This document shows positions 36,299 to 44,694 of a stretch of 44,694 bases of DNA, piece after piece. Every line of letters begins with the position of its first letter. Within the stretch, counting starts at the first letter, position 1. The stretch is from positions 184 through 44,877 of the forward strand of contig MGAO01000032.1 in assembly GCA_001788215.1 (NCBI GenBank), written 5' to 3'. A model generated the notes under the pieces. That model saw nothing but the letters and a program-made list of their open reading frames with translations, did not search any database and was not told where the DNA came from. This stretch comes from Candidatus Roizmanbacteria bacterium RIFCSPLOWO2_01_FULL_40_14. GTDB taxonomy: Bacteria > Patescibacteriota > Microgenomatia > GCA-001788215 > 2-01-FULL-40-14. The position numbers and the translations under genes were made by a program.

Positions 36299-37516
36299 AT
36301 GCGAAGTATTCAAACGCTTACGCTTGTTTTTTTATTGGGTATTGTCGGATTTTTGTTTCCGTTCTTTTCTGAACGGGTAATGGCGCAAACACCAACAGAA
36401 ATTGTGGTGTTTTTGCGCGAAGGCTGTACCCACTGTGAAGCTGAAGAAGCGTATCTCGATGAATTGGTCGAAACTCGAGAAGATATCACAGTCACGAAAT
36501 ACCGTTTGGAAAATGAGGAAGAGCGGAAAATCTGGGTGGACTTTACTGACCGGCTTCAGATATCAAAAGTAACACCAATTACCGTCATCGGTACTGCGTA
36601 TATCATAGGTTTTGACACCGAAGAGACTACCGGAAAAGAAATTCTGAAACTCGTCGAAAAAGCAAAACAGAATAACATTGTCACCGATGTCAGTTCTCCT
36701 GAAATTCAGTCAGCAGAGAGTATCAGCGCGACATGCCCGGAAGACGGAAGTATCCCATGCGCGATTCCAGAAGAATCATACGTATCTGTTCCTCTGATTG
36801 GAAAAATAGATACACAAAAATACCCGCTTATTATTCTGTCCGCCCTGCTCGGGTTTTTTGACGGGTTTAACCCGTGTGCCATGTGGGTACTGGTTACCTT
36901 TCTTATCATTCTTCTTCAGGTGGGAGACAGAAAAAAAATGCTTCTTTTTGCCGGGACATTTGTCCTGGCAGAGGCGATCATGTACTTTCTTATCCTGACG
37001 GTGTGGTACAAAACATGGGACTTTGTGCAGCTGGATGAAATTGTAACGCCCATTGTCGGATTGGTAGCTATCGGAGGAGGGCTGTTTTTCCTGTGGGAAT
37101 GGCGTAAAAAAGAACTTGAATGTAAAATAACTGATCTTAATCAGCACAAAAAAACGCGTGACCGGATAAAAGAACTGGCTATGAGTAAGTTTACATTCCT
37201 GACGTTTATCGGTATTCTTGCGATTGCGTTTTCGGTAAACATTATCGAATTTGCCTGTTCTATCGGTATTCCTCAGGCATTTACCAAAATCCTTGAACTC
37301 AACCGGTTGCCACTTGGCCCGTCTCTCGGGCTTATCGGCATCTACATACTGTTTTATATGATCGATGACTTTATCGTATTCGGGATTGCTTTGTACGGAG
37401 CGGATAAATTAGCCTTAACTACAAAATACAGTAAACTTTCAAACTTAATCGGTGGAATTGTCATGATCCTGTTAGGACTTCTTCTGATATTTCACCCCTC
37501 GTTTTTGTATTTTTAA
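36299..37516 (+). CDS. Glutaredoxin-like CxxC domain fused to a DsbD/CcdA-like membrane domain
   Basis: GCTHC, TPITVIG, LGFFDGFNPCAMWVL and IEFACSIGIP motifs. Confidence 0.8.
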   Translation: MRSIQTLTLVFLLGIVGFLFPFFSERVMAQTPTEIVVFLREGCTHCEAEEAYLDELVETREDITVTKYRLENEEERKIWVDFTDRLQISKVTPITVIGTAYIIGFDTEETTGKEILKLVEKAKQNNIVTDVSSPEIQSAESISATCPEDGSIPCAIPEESYVSVPLIGKIDTQKYPLIILSALLGFFDGFNPCAMWVLVTFLIILLQVGDRKKMLLFAGTFVLAEAIMYFLILTVWYKTWDFVQLDEIVTPIVGLVAIGGGLFFLWEWRKKELECKITDLNQHKKTRDRIKELAMSKFTFLTFIGILAIAFSVNIIEFACSIGIPQAFTKILELNRLPLGPSLGLIGIYILFYMIDDFIVFGIALYGADKLALTTKYSKLSNLIGGIVMILLGLLLIFHPSFLYF

Positions 37517-37531
37517 CGGCAATGTTGAGAA

Positions 37532-38110
37532 TCACTCCAAATACCTCTTTAAGAAAATTATGTAGTGTTGGTAGTTAGCATAGATCCAATAAGCATTGAG
37601 CAATATGAGTCCCGGAAACACGAGGGATTTTTCGATGATGCCGCCGGTTTTTATACGCATAAATTCAAATGGGGGAAACCCAAATCGTATAGGAATCGGG
37701 AAGAGCCACGGTACGCCCTGTTTCGTAAGTGAGTCGGTTACTAAATGCGAGAAATAACCAATCATGAGGGCCCACCAGATAATGTTCATATTGACCAGAA
37801 CGATGGATCCCAACCAATTCAGAAACCATTCAGAAAGGAAGCCGATGATTACCATTCCTACAATAGAATGAGAAAGCATACGATGTTGTCCGACGAGTGG
37901 CTTAATGAGTTTTCCTAATAATGATCCGCCGCGGACCTTATCCCAAATATCACTTGTCGCATCGTCAATATCCGGGAGCAATCCGCCGATCATGTTTGCG
38001 CCGACTGCCGCGGCAAGGGTGGCAAACGATATGTCAGGAGGAGCCGTCTCTGTAATAAACACTAAATTCAGTGCCGTGAATGCAGCCAGGTCATGTGTCC
38101 TTCCGGTCAT
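37532..38110 (-). CDS. YdjM-family metal-dependent membrane hydrolase
   Basis: MTGRTH, GGLLPDID, HRMLSHS and GYFSHLVTDSLTKQGVPWLFP motifs. Confidence 0.9.
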   Translation of the reverse strand: MTGRTHDLAAFTALNLVFITETAPPDISFATLAAAVGANMIGGLLPDIDDATSDIWDKVRGGSLLGKLIKPLVGQHRMLSHSIVGMVIIGFLSEWFLNWLGSIVLVNMNIIWWALMIGYFSHLVTDSLTKQGVPWLFPIPIRFGFPPFEFMRIKTGGIIEKSLVFPGLILLNAYWIYANYQHYIIFLKRYLE

Positions 38111-38156
38111 GACAAAAGCATATCATAATTTTCTTAGTTTGAAGTACAATATACGT

Positions 38157-39365
38157 ATGATTGCTATCTCTCTTTCACCCAATACAGAATCAGATGATGT
38201 GTGGGTTGCCATAAAAACATTTTGTTCTCCGTGGACATGGAAAGATGGTAAGTCAATTGGTCTTGTCGAAAACTGGTTTCGTGACAAGTTCAAAACTGAC
38301 ACCGTGTACTCGTTCAATTCAGGACGAACCGCTCTCTATGCCATTCTCAAATCATTTACTATCGGCACGGGCGACGAGGTAATTGTACAGGCGTTTACGT
38401 GTGTGGCTGTTCCTGAAGTCGTCATGTGGGCAGGAGCAAAGCCTATTTATTCTGATATCGATAACTCTTACAATATTGATTCGTCAAAACTTGAAAAATT
38501 AATTACCAAAAAGACAAAGGCCGTTATTGTCCAGCATACCTTCGGTGTCCCGGCACGAATCAAGGAAATTGGGAAGATTGCAAAAAAGTATAATCTTGTA
38601 CTAATTGAGGATTGTGCACACTCGTTAGGAGCTACCGTTGACGGAAAACTGGTTGGATCATTTGGCGATGCGGCATTTTTCAGTTTTGGAAGAGACAAAG
38701 TCATTTCGTCAGTCTTCGGAGGAGTAGCCGTAATTAATAAGATCCAGAGATCCAAAGATCTAAAGATCCTAAAAAAACTGAAAAACTTTTACAACTCACT
38801 TAGTACACCTTCTAGTTTCTGGATTTTGCAACAATTGCTGCACCCGATTTTATTTCATTTATTAATTCTCCCGTTTTATAATTTCTTCGAATTGGGTAAA
38901 GTATTTCTCGTACTATTTCAAAGATTAAAACTTTTGTCGTTTCCCATTCAACAATGTGAATATGCCGGAAAAATGCCCGACGGTTTTCTCACACGATATC
39001 CAAACGGACTTGCAATATTAGCATTCAATCAGCTGAGAAAACTTGACCGGTTCAATAGAAAACGGGTTTCAATCGCAAGAAAATATGGAAAAACAATTCC
39101 CGGTGCTATCTATGTACGCTATCCCATGCAGCTACGTTCACGAAACATTATCGTTAAAATCGCAAAAAAGAAGGGGATTTTCTTGGGTAACTGGTATCAC
39201 TGTGTTATCGATCCATTCCGTTGTCCGCTAGCGGCTGTTGGTTATCGGTATGGAAGTTGTACCAACGCGGAACGGCTGGCAGAGGGAATAGTGAATTTAC
39301 CCACACATCCAGGAATGAGAGAGCGAGATGTAGAAAGAGTTATTATGCTTGTTTCGTCACCCTGA
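38157..39365 (+). CDS. DegT/DnrJ/EryC1/StrS PLP-dependent aminotransferase
   Basis: NSGRTAL, GDEVIVQAFTC, IEDCAHSLG, FSFGRDK and NLPTHP motifs; start ATG 38157 follows TACAAT. Confidence 0.88.
   Translation: MIAISLSPNTESDDVWVAIKTFCSPWTWKDGKSIGLVENWFRDKFKTDTVYSFNSGRTALYAILKSFTIGTGDEVIVQAFTCVAVPEVVMWAGAKPIYSDIDNSYNIDSSKLEKLITKKTKAVIVQHTFGVPARIKEIGKIAKKYNLVLIEDCAHSLGATVDGKLVGSFGDAAFFSFGRDKVISSVFGGVAVINKIQRSKDLKILKKLKNFYNSLSTPSSFWILQQLLHPILFHLLILPFYNFFELGKVFLVLFQRLKLLSFPIQQCEYAGKMPDGFLTRYPNGLAILAFNQLRKLDRFNRKRVSIARKYGKTIPGAIYVRYPMQLRSRNIIVKIAKKKGIFLGNWYHCVIDPFRCPLAAVGYRYGSCTNAERLAEGIVNLPTHPGMRERDVERVIMLVSSP
38741..38772 (+). repeat. In-frame 8-nt tandem array inside the DegT-like gene
   Basis: gatccaga gatccaaa gatctaaa gatcctaa. 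Confidence 0.75.
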
Positions 39366-39383
39366 AACAAGTTCAGGGTGACG
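39355..39383. repeat. GTCA...TGAC hairpin element covering the DegT stop codon
   Basis: cgtcaccctgaa-acaag-ttcagggtgacg, 12-bp stem. Confidence 0.85.
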
Positions 39384-39422
39384 GCGTGAAATCCATCTTG
39401 ATCTAATCGAATAGTCGAAAAT

Positions 39423-40490
39423 ATGAAGTATTTAATTAAAGATATCAGCAATAAAAAAACATGGAATAAGTTTGTTGAAACGGTTGCGTCGGAATCTTAT
39501 TTCCAGTCATGGGAGTGGGGAGAGGTGGAAATGGCTTCAGGGAAAACCGTGTGGCGGTTAGGAATTTATGAAAAAGTACGAGTTACGAATTACCTGCCTC
39601 GCCGGCCGGCCGGCGAGTTACGAGTTGAAAACAAAAACAAAACTATAAATAAGCTTATTGGTGTCAGTCAAATTACAAAAGTAAAAGCAAAACGGGGGAC
39701 GTTTTTATATGTCAGGCATGGTCCGGTATTTAAAGATTGGAATAACAAAATTTTCGCAGTTTGGCTGGAGTATCTCAAAGATATGGCTCGAAGAGAAGGA
39801 GCGGTGTTTATCCGTATCAGCCCTCTTATCAATCCGACATATACGACACTTCTGTCAGAATACTCGTTCCGGCCAGCGCCCATTCATAGCATGGATGCTG
39901 AAATCGTATCTGTCATTGATGTACTGAAGTCGGAAGTTGATTTGATGAAAAATATGCGAAAAAATACAAGAAATCTTATTCGTAAGGGACTGAAAATGGG
40001 TATACAGATCGAAAAATCTTCCGACATCTCAATATTTTTAAAACTCTACGGTGAAACCTATTCCCGTCATGACTTCGTTCCACACCAGGCCGTTGAAGAT
40101 GAATTCAGCATTTTTTCAAAACAGAATAAGGCGGTACTTCTGATTTCTCGATACGAAAAAACGCCGATTGCAGCCGCGATCGTCAGCTACTTCGGAAATC
40201 AGGCGATTTACCGGCACGGCGCATCAATTAAGTCATCTATTCCCGCGGCGTACGTACTCCAGTGGGAGATAATAAAACGAACCAAAAGAAGAGGTTTGTC
40301 GTACTACAATCTCTTTGGTATTGCTGATACTGACAGAATTGATCACCCGTGGTGGGGTCTTACCCTGTTTAAAAAAGGATTTGGCGGAGAAACAAAGAAA
40401 TATCTGCATGCCCACGATTTACCGGTGAGCCCGTGGTATTGGGTTAATTATCTTGTTGAAACAGTGAGAAGAATTAAACGAAGATATTAG
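39423..40490 (+). CDS. FemABX-family lipid II aminoacyltransferase
   Basis: YFQSWEWG, YVRHGPV, MRKNTRNLIRK, LQWEII, YNLFGI and GLTLFKKGFGG motifs. Confidence 0.9.
   Translation: MKYLIKDISNKKTWNKFVETVASESYFQSWEWGEVEMASGKTVWRLGIYEKVRVTNYLPRRPAGELRVENKNKTINKLIGVSQITKVKAKRGTFLYVRHGPVFKDWNNKIFAVWLEYLKDMARREGAVFIRISPLINPTYTTLLSEYSFRPAPIHSMDAEIVSVIDVLKSEVDLMKNMRKNTRNLIRKGLKMGIQIEKSSDISIFLKLYGETYSRHDFVPHQAVEDEFSIFSKQNKAVLLISRYEKTPIAAAIVSYFGNQAIYRHGASIKSSIPAAYVLQWEIIKRTKRRGLSYYNLFGIADTDRIDHPWWGLTLFKKGFGGETKKYLHAHDLPVSPWYWVNYLVETVRRIKRRY
39576..39624 (+). repeat. In-frame TTACGAR array split by a 21-nt GC-rich insert
   Basis: gtacgag ttacgaa tta[cctgcctcgccggccggccgg]cgag ttacgag; perfect 20-bp palindrome at 39598-39617. 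Confidence 0.85.
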
Positions 40491-41191
40491 ATCTTGTTTC
40501 TAATATCGAAAAAGAGGCCCTTTATCCATAATATTGCCGTTAAAGCCAAATAAGTAAGTATTACTATCATGTCCATCGAGGAAGAAACCATTGGTGTGAT
40601 ATTCGTTCCTCCTGATCCACAACGAATATCGATATATAATGTTTGAATAAAGTTAAAGCTACCTGGAGCGTCTCCACAATCAGAAGGGTTTAGAGCCATA
40701 GTAACTAGCTGAGCAAGAAATACACCCATAAATAATAATGTACTTTTGAATTTAAAATTAAAACTTATTTTTTTAAGATAGGTACGGGTGAGAATGATAA
40801 GTGTAGTTACAAACAATGCTGAGAAGAAGCCCAGATAGAGAAATCCAAGATACATAGCTGTCCATCCGTCTACCAATGTTTGCGTCATCAATGATACAGA
40901 ATAGTACAGATACAACAATACTATCAGTAAAAAGCCTTTATAGTTTATATTCTGTTTATTTTTATGTAAATATATAAGCCAGATAACAAAGACTGAAAGG
41001 ATAAAGAGAATATTTATTAAATTAAGCCTTGCTGAGTTATTCTCAAACGTCTCATAGGCAGTCCTGTATGCTGAACTATAGCTCGCCTCGTATGGGATAC
41101 TATCTAATTTCAATAATTCAAGTCGCCACAAGTAAGGAAATACAACGAGGTCGACAATGAGGAAAATCGTATTAATGATTCCAAAGATCAT
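40487..41191 (-). CDS. Hypothetical multi-pass membrane protein
   Basis: 234-aa ORF with about six hydrophobic segments and a DCGD..C loop; AT-rich. Confidence 0.7.
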   Translation of the reverse strand: MIFGIINTIFLIVDLVVFPYLWRLELLKLDSIPYEASYSSAYRTAYETFENNSARLNLINILFILSVFVIWLIYLHKNKQNINYKGFLLIVLLYLYYSVSLMTQTLVDGWTAMYLGFLYLGFFSALFVTTLIILTRTYLKKISFNFKFKSTLLFMGVFLAQLVTMALNPSDCGDAPGSFNFIQTLYIDIRCGSGGTNITPMVSSSMDMIVILTYLALTAILWIKGLFFDIRNKI

Positions 41192-41279
41192 AGAATTCTA
41201 CTATTTATAGTAGCATAACTCTATAAAACAGTATAGTGCAAAACTGTATGTTTCTTCCAAAAATGCTATAATTTACCAT

Positions 41280-41630
41280 ATGCTCAAAAGTTTCACGCAC
41301 GCAATCGAAGGGATTGCAACCGCATTCCGTCAACATCCGAATTTTCGCATTCATACGGTAACGGCAATAGTTGTCATCATGACGTCGTTTGCTCTTCAGA
41401 TTACTCGGATTGAATTTTTGATCGTCATATTTACGATAAACCTCATGTTTATCGTAGAAATGGTGAATACGTCAGTTGAAGAAATTACCAATTTAGTTAC
41501 TATTAAATGGGCAAAACAGGCTAAAAACGCAAAAGATGTCGCGGCAGGAATGGCCCTTCTTACGGCTATTAGTTCTGTTATAGTAGGTATTGTTATATTC
41601 GGCCCATATCTTATAGAACTAATGTCGTGA
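41280..41630 (+). CDS. dgkA: Undecaprenol/diacylglycerol kinase family
   Basis: SFTHAIEGI, NFRIH, EMVNTSVE and AKDVAAG motifs. Confidence 0.92.
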   Translation: MLKSFTHAIEGIATAFRQHPNFRIHTVTAIVVIMTSFALQITRIEFLIVIFTINLMFIVEMVNTSVEEITNLVTIKWAKQAKNAKDVAAGMALLTAISSVIVGIVIFGPYLIELMS

Positions 41631-41636
41631 TCTATC

Positions 41637-42692
41637 ATGTCTCATCTCGCATTTCTACTTGGTTTACTGATTATTTCTTTTTTGGTACATAGTCTTTTTT
41701 TTGTACCCTATATTAATCTGCTCTATCGCATCAAGTTTCAGAGACTGGAGCAAAGAACAAAAGATGCATTCGGTAAGCTGACTCCCATATTTGACCGGTT
41801 TCATAAAAAAAAGGCGGGAGTCCCCGTGGGCGGCGGGCTTCTGATTATTCTCATTACACTTGCTCTCTACGGCGTTTCATTTCTCACTCTCTATTATTTA
41901 AAAGAATGGTATCCAATAACCTCTCTCTATCCGGAGCTCATTGAAGAAATTAAAATTGTTTTATTTACCTTCATCGCCTTTGCCATCATTGGATTTTATG
42001 ATGATTTTAGAAAAACGTTCCTGCCAAAAAATCAGGACTTTTTTGGACTCCGTTTGCGGCATAAACTGATTCTTCAGCTGATCATTTCATCTATTAGTGC
42101 GTACTGGCTCTATACCCTTCTTGATATTTCATTTATTTATGTTCCACTCGTTGAATGGAGACTGCCCATTGGATTTTGGTATGTGCCGTTTGCCGCCTTT
42201 GTCATACTATCCTTTGCAAATGCCTTCAATATTACAGATGGTCTTGATGGGCTTTCAAGCGGCGTTCTCGTCATTGCACTTATCGCATTTTGGGTAATAT
42301 CGGCCGGTCTTCTCGATACACCGCTCTCAGTGTTTATCCCGCTTCTTCTGGGTGGACTTATTGCATTTCTCTATTTCAATGTATATCCCGCTCGGATTAT
42401 TTTAGGCGATGTCGGCGCACTCTCGTTTGGCGCCACGTTTGCGGTGATTGGACTCATGTTGGGAAAACCATTTACCCTCGTTATCATCGGAGGAATATAT
42501 GTTGTCGAAGCGGTAACATCACTCATCCAGCTTTTTTGGAAACGGTTTTACCATAAAAAACTGATGCCCGTGGCGCCGCTTCATTTATATCTTCAATATC
42601 TCGGGTGGGAAGAGCCAAAAATCGTCATGCGACTTTGGCTGGTCAGCATGATGCTTGCGGTATTTGGTTTGTGGCTTTCACTTTTAAGATAA
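41637..42692 (+). CDS. mraY: Phospho-N-acetylmuramoyl-pentapeptide transferase
   Basis: KAGVPVGGG, GFYDD, NAFNITDGLDGL, FNVYPARIILGDVG and APLH motifs. Confidence 0.95.
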   Translation: MSHLAFLLGLLIISFLVHSLFFVPYINLLYRIKFQRLEQRTKDAFGKLTPIFDRFHKKKAGVPVGGGLLIILITLALYGVSFLTLYYLKEWYPITSLYPELIEEIKIVLFTFIAFAIIGFYDDFRKTFLPKNQDFFGLRLRHKLILQLIISSISAYWLYTLLDISFIYVPLVEWRLPIGFWYVPFAAFVILSFANAFNITDGLDGLSSGVLVIALIAFWVISAGLLDTPLSVFIPLLLGGLIAFLYFNVYPARIILGDVGALSFGATFAVIGLMLGKPFTLVIIGGIYVVEAVTSLIQLFWKRFYHKKLMPVAPLHLYLQYLGWEEPKIVMRLWLVSMMLAVFGLWLSLLR

Positions 42693-42704
42693 TCTACAAA
42701 ACTT

Positions 42705-44051
42705 ATGAACTTCAAGAACAAACGAATTACCATTATGGGGATTGGAATGCTGGGTGGCGGTGTCGGGACAGCGCAGTTTTTTTCTGAGCGCGGCACGCGG
42801 GTGCTCGTGACTGACCTTAAATCGAAGGATGAATTGAAATCATCTCTGGACCGGCTGGCAGATTATCCTATCGAATATGTGTTGGGTGAGCATCGGGATC
42901 AAGACTTTATCGAAACGGATATGGTCATCAGAAATCCTGCGGTACCCGAAGATTCAAAATATCTTCAAATTGCCCGTGATCATCATGTTCCCGTTGAAAT
43001 GGCTGAAAGTCTCTTTTTAAAATTATCCCCGACAAAACAGATAATTGGTGTTACGGGAACGCGCGGAAAAAGTACGACGACGGCCATGATACATCATATT
43101 TTAAAACTGGCGGGAAAAGATGTCTATCTTGCGGGAAACCAGAAAAACACGTCAACACTATTATTGCTCAACATGGTTACTAAGGATTCAATCGTCGTTC
43201 TGGAACTTTCAAGTTGGCAGACTGAGAGTTTTGGATGGCATACGATGAGCCCGCATATTGCCGTTATCACCAATATTTATCCCGATCATCTGAATCGGTA
43301 TACGTCGATGGAGCAATATATTAACGCAAAATCGAACATATTCCGTTTTCAAAAAAAATCTGACTATCTTGTCCTCAATAAAGACGTTGAACAATTAACA
43401 TTTCTTGCAAAAAAGGCTGCTTCAAAGGTACTTTGGTTTTCCCGTTGGGAGTATCCCCGATACAATATGAAACTCTATGGGAATCACAACCAAGAAAACG
43501 CTGCTGCTGCTCGATCCGTATGCAGTTTATATGCCATAGATGAACAACTTATCAGAAAGGTAATTGAAACATTTAGTCCGTTATCAGGACGACTTGAAAA
43601 GGTTGGTACGATCAGTGGTGTCGATATAATTAATGACACTGCGTCAACAACGCCCGTTGCCGGTATACGTGCTCTTGAATCATTTCCTCGAAAGAAGATA
43701 ATCATGATTCTTGGAGGCAATAACAAGAAGTTACCGCTTGAAGATCTGAGATATGAGATTAACCTCCGTGCTAAAGCAGTTGTTTTGATTCCAGGTACCG
43801 GTACTGAAGAAATTCGTCCTCTTTTAGAAAAGTCGAAACATATACCTTCGATAAGCTCGACGAACACATTATTAGAGGCAATTCATCAAGCACTCGATGT
43901 TTCTCAACCAGGTGATGTCATTCTGTTTTCTCCTTCATTTACATCATTTGGACAGTTTAAAAATGAATTTGAAAGAGGGGAGGTATTTAATGATGCGGCG
44001 AATAAAGCGATTACGGCCCACCGGGAAAAAACGGATACCCGTCGCGACTAA
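42705..44051 (+). CDS. murD: UDP-MurNAc-L-Ala--D-glutamate ligase
   Basis: GVTGTRGKSTTT, LELSSWQ, NIYPDHLNRY, NDTASTTP, LGGNNK and FSPSFTSFGQFKNEFERG motifs. Confidence 0.95.
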   Translation: MNFKNKRITIMGIGMLGGGVGTAQFFSERGTRVLVTDLKSKDELKSSLDRLADYPIEYVLGEHRDQDFIETDMVIRNPAVPEDSKYLQIARDHHVPVEMAESLFLKLSPTKQIIGVTGTRGKSTTTAMIHHILKLAGKDVYLAGNQKNTSTLLLLNMVTKDSIVVLELSSWQTESFGWHTMSPHIAVITNIYPDHLNRYTSMEQYINAKSNIFRFQKKSDYLVLNKDVEQLTFLAKKAASKVLWFSRWEYPRYNMKLYGNHNQENAAAARSVCSLYAIDEQLIRKVIETFSPLSGRLEKVGTISGVDIINDTASTTPVAGIRALESFPRKKIIMILGGNNKKLPLEDLRYEINLRAKAVVLIPGTGTEEIRPLLEKSKHIPSISSTNTLLEAIHQALDVSQPGDVILFSPSFTSFGQFKNEFERGEVFNDAANKAITAHREKTDTRRD

Positions 44052-44694
44052 ATCGTTCGGGAGACGTACATCCTGGAATATTATTATTCTCGTCTTTGGA
44101 TTGGCACTCTTTGGATTGACGATGATTTTTAATGTCTCAGCCCTTTCAGCACTTTCAGATTTTGGAGATAAATTTTATTATGTTAAAGAGCAGGCGCAGT
44201 GGTTCGCGGTCGGGACGATTGTCATGATATTTCTCATGCATATGAACTATCGACAGCTGCAATTGATAGCAATTCCGCTGCTCTTAAGTACGTTTGCACT
44301 TCTTGCAGCAGTATTTTTACCCGGTATCGGTATACGTGCATACGGCGCTTCCCGCTGGGTCGATCTTGGCTTTATTACGGTACAGCCGGCTGAACTTGCT
44401 AAGCTGACGCTTATCATATACCTTGCTGCGTGGTTTAGTAATAAGGAGGAAAAACGATTGACCAGCTTTTTGGTTTTGTTAGGTTTAATTATTGGTCCCG
44501 TCATTTTACAACCTGACTTGGGTACCTCTGTTGTGCTGGTTACTATTTCACTGGCCATGTATTTTTTGTCCGGTGCTCCGTTTTGGCATTTTGGTATGTT
44601 AGTTCCCGTGGTAGGGGCTGGTATTGCCGGTCTTGCCATCTCAGCGCCCTACCGCATGCAGCGCGTATTAACATTCTTAAATCCGTCAGCCGAC
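43990..44694 (+). CDS. ftsW: FtsW/RodA (SEDS) peptidoglycan polymerase, 5' part (runs off the window)
   Basis: Open frame not in the ORF track: GLTMIFNVS..DKFYYVKEQ..GASRWVDLGFITVQPAELAKL..QPDLGT..PYRMQRVLTFLNP. Confidence 0.93.
   Translation, partial: MMRRIKRLRPTGKKRIPVATKSFGRRTSWNIIILVFGLALFGLTMIFNVSALSALSDFGDKFYYVKEQAQWFAVGTIVMIFLMHMNYRQLQLIAIPLLLSTFALLAAVFLPGIGIRAYGASRWVDLGFITVQPAELAKLTLIIYLAAWFSNKEEKRLTSFLVLLGLIIGPVILQPDLGTSVVLVTISLAMYFLSGAPFWHFGMLVPVVGAGIAGLAISAPYRMQRVLTFLNPSAD

Noticed and set aside
37905..38156. N-terminal extension of the DegT ORF
   Set aside because: It overlaps the antisense YdjM-family gene; a better start is ATG 38157 after TACAAT.
44199..44639. ORFs 44199-44393 (+) and 44247-44639 (-)
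   Set aside because: The region is occupied by ftsW in another frame, open to the window end.

Overview
Bacterial chromosomal window, genetic code 11, almost all genes on the + strand. Gene content (DUF4012, TrmB- and TrpR-like regulators, short RecO, membrane-anchored MurF, DUF167, DUF3467) suggests a Patescibacteria/CPR genome, probably Microgenomates; this is inference. 1-14.4 kb is a surface-glycan locus: acetyltransferase end, GT2/GT4 enzymes, an O-antigen-ligase-like/GT-C fusion, an ArnT/PMT-like GT-C, ManC, an initiating sugar transferase and DUF4012. 15.5-44.7 kb is an expanded division/cell-wall cluster: mraZ-rsmH-ftsL-ftsI-murE-pgeF-murC-murB-murA-split glmU-glmS-yvcK-murF ... degT-femX-dgkA-mraY-murD-ftsW. 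It is interrupted by regulators and an accessory island at about 32.7-36.2 kb (MazG-like pyrophosphatase, PUA/EVE-like + nuclease protein, Excalibur protein, LexA-like repressor, DUF3467). Non-gene structure includes GTCA...TGAC palindromic elements at gene junctions, in-frame 7-8 nt tandem arrays and about 21-nt hairpin inserts inside enzymes, a DUF167 gene broken by such elements, a TrpR-like gene bracketed by twin 29-bp palindromes, and many -10 boxes only 6-13 nt upstream of start codons. No rRNA, tRNA, CRISPR array or transposase was recognised. All protein calls are by motif recognition; no database search was run.
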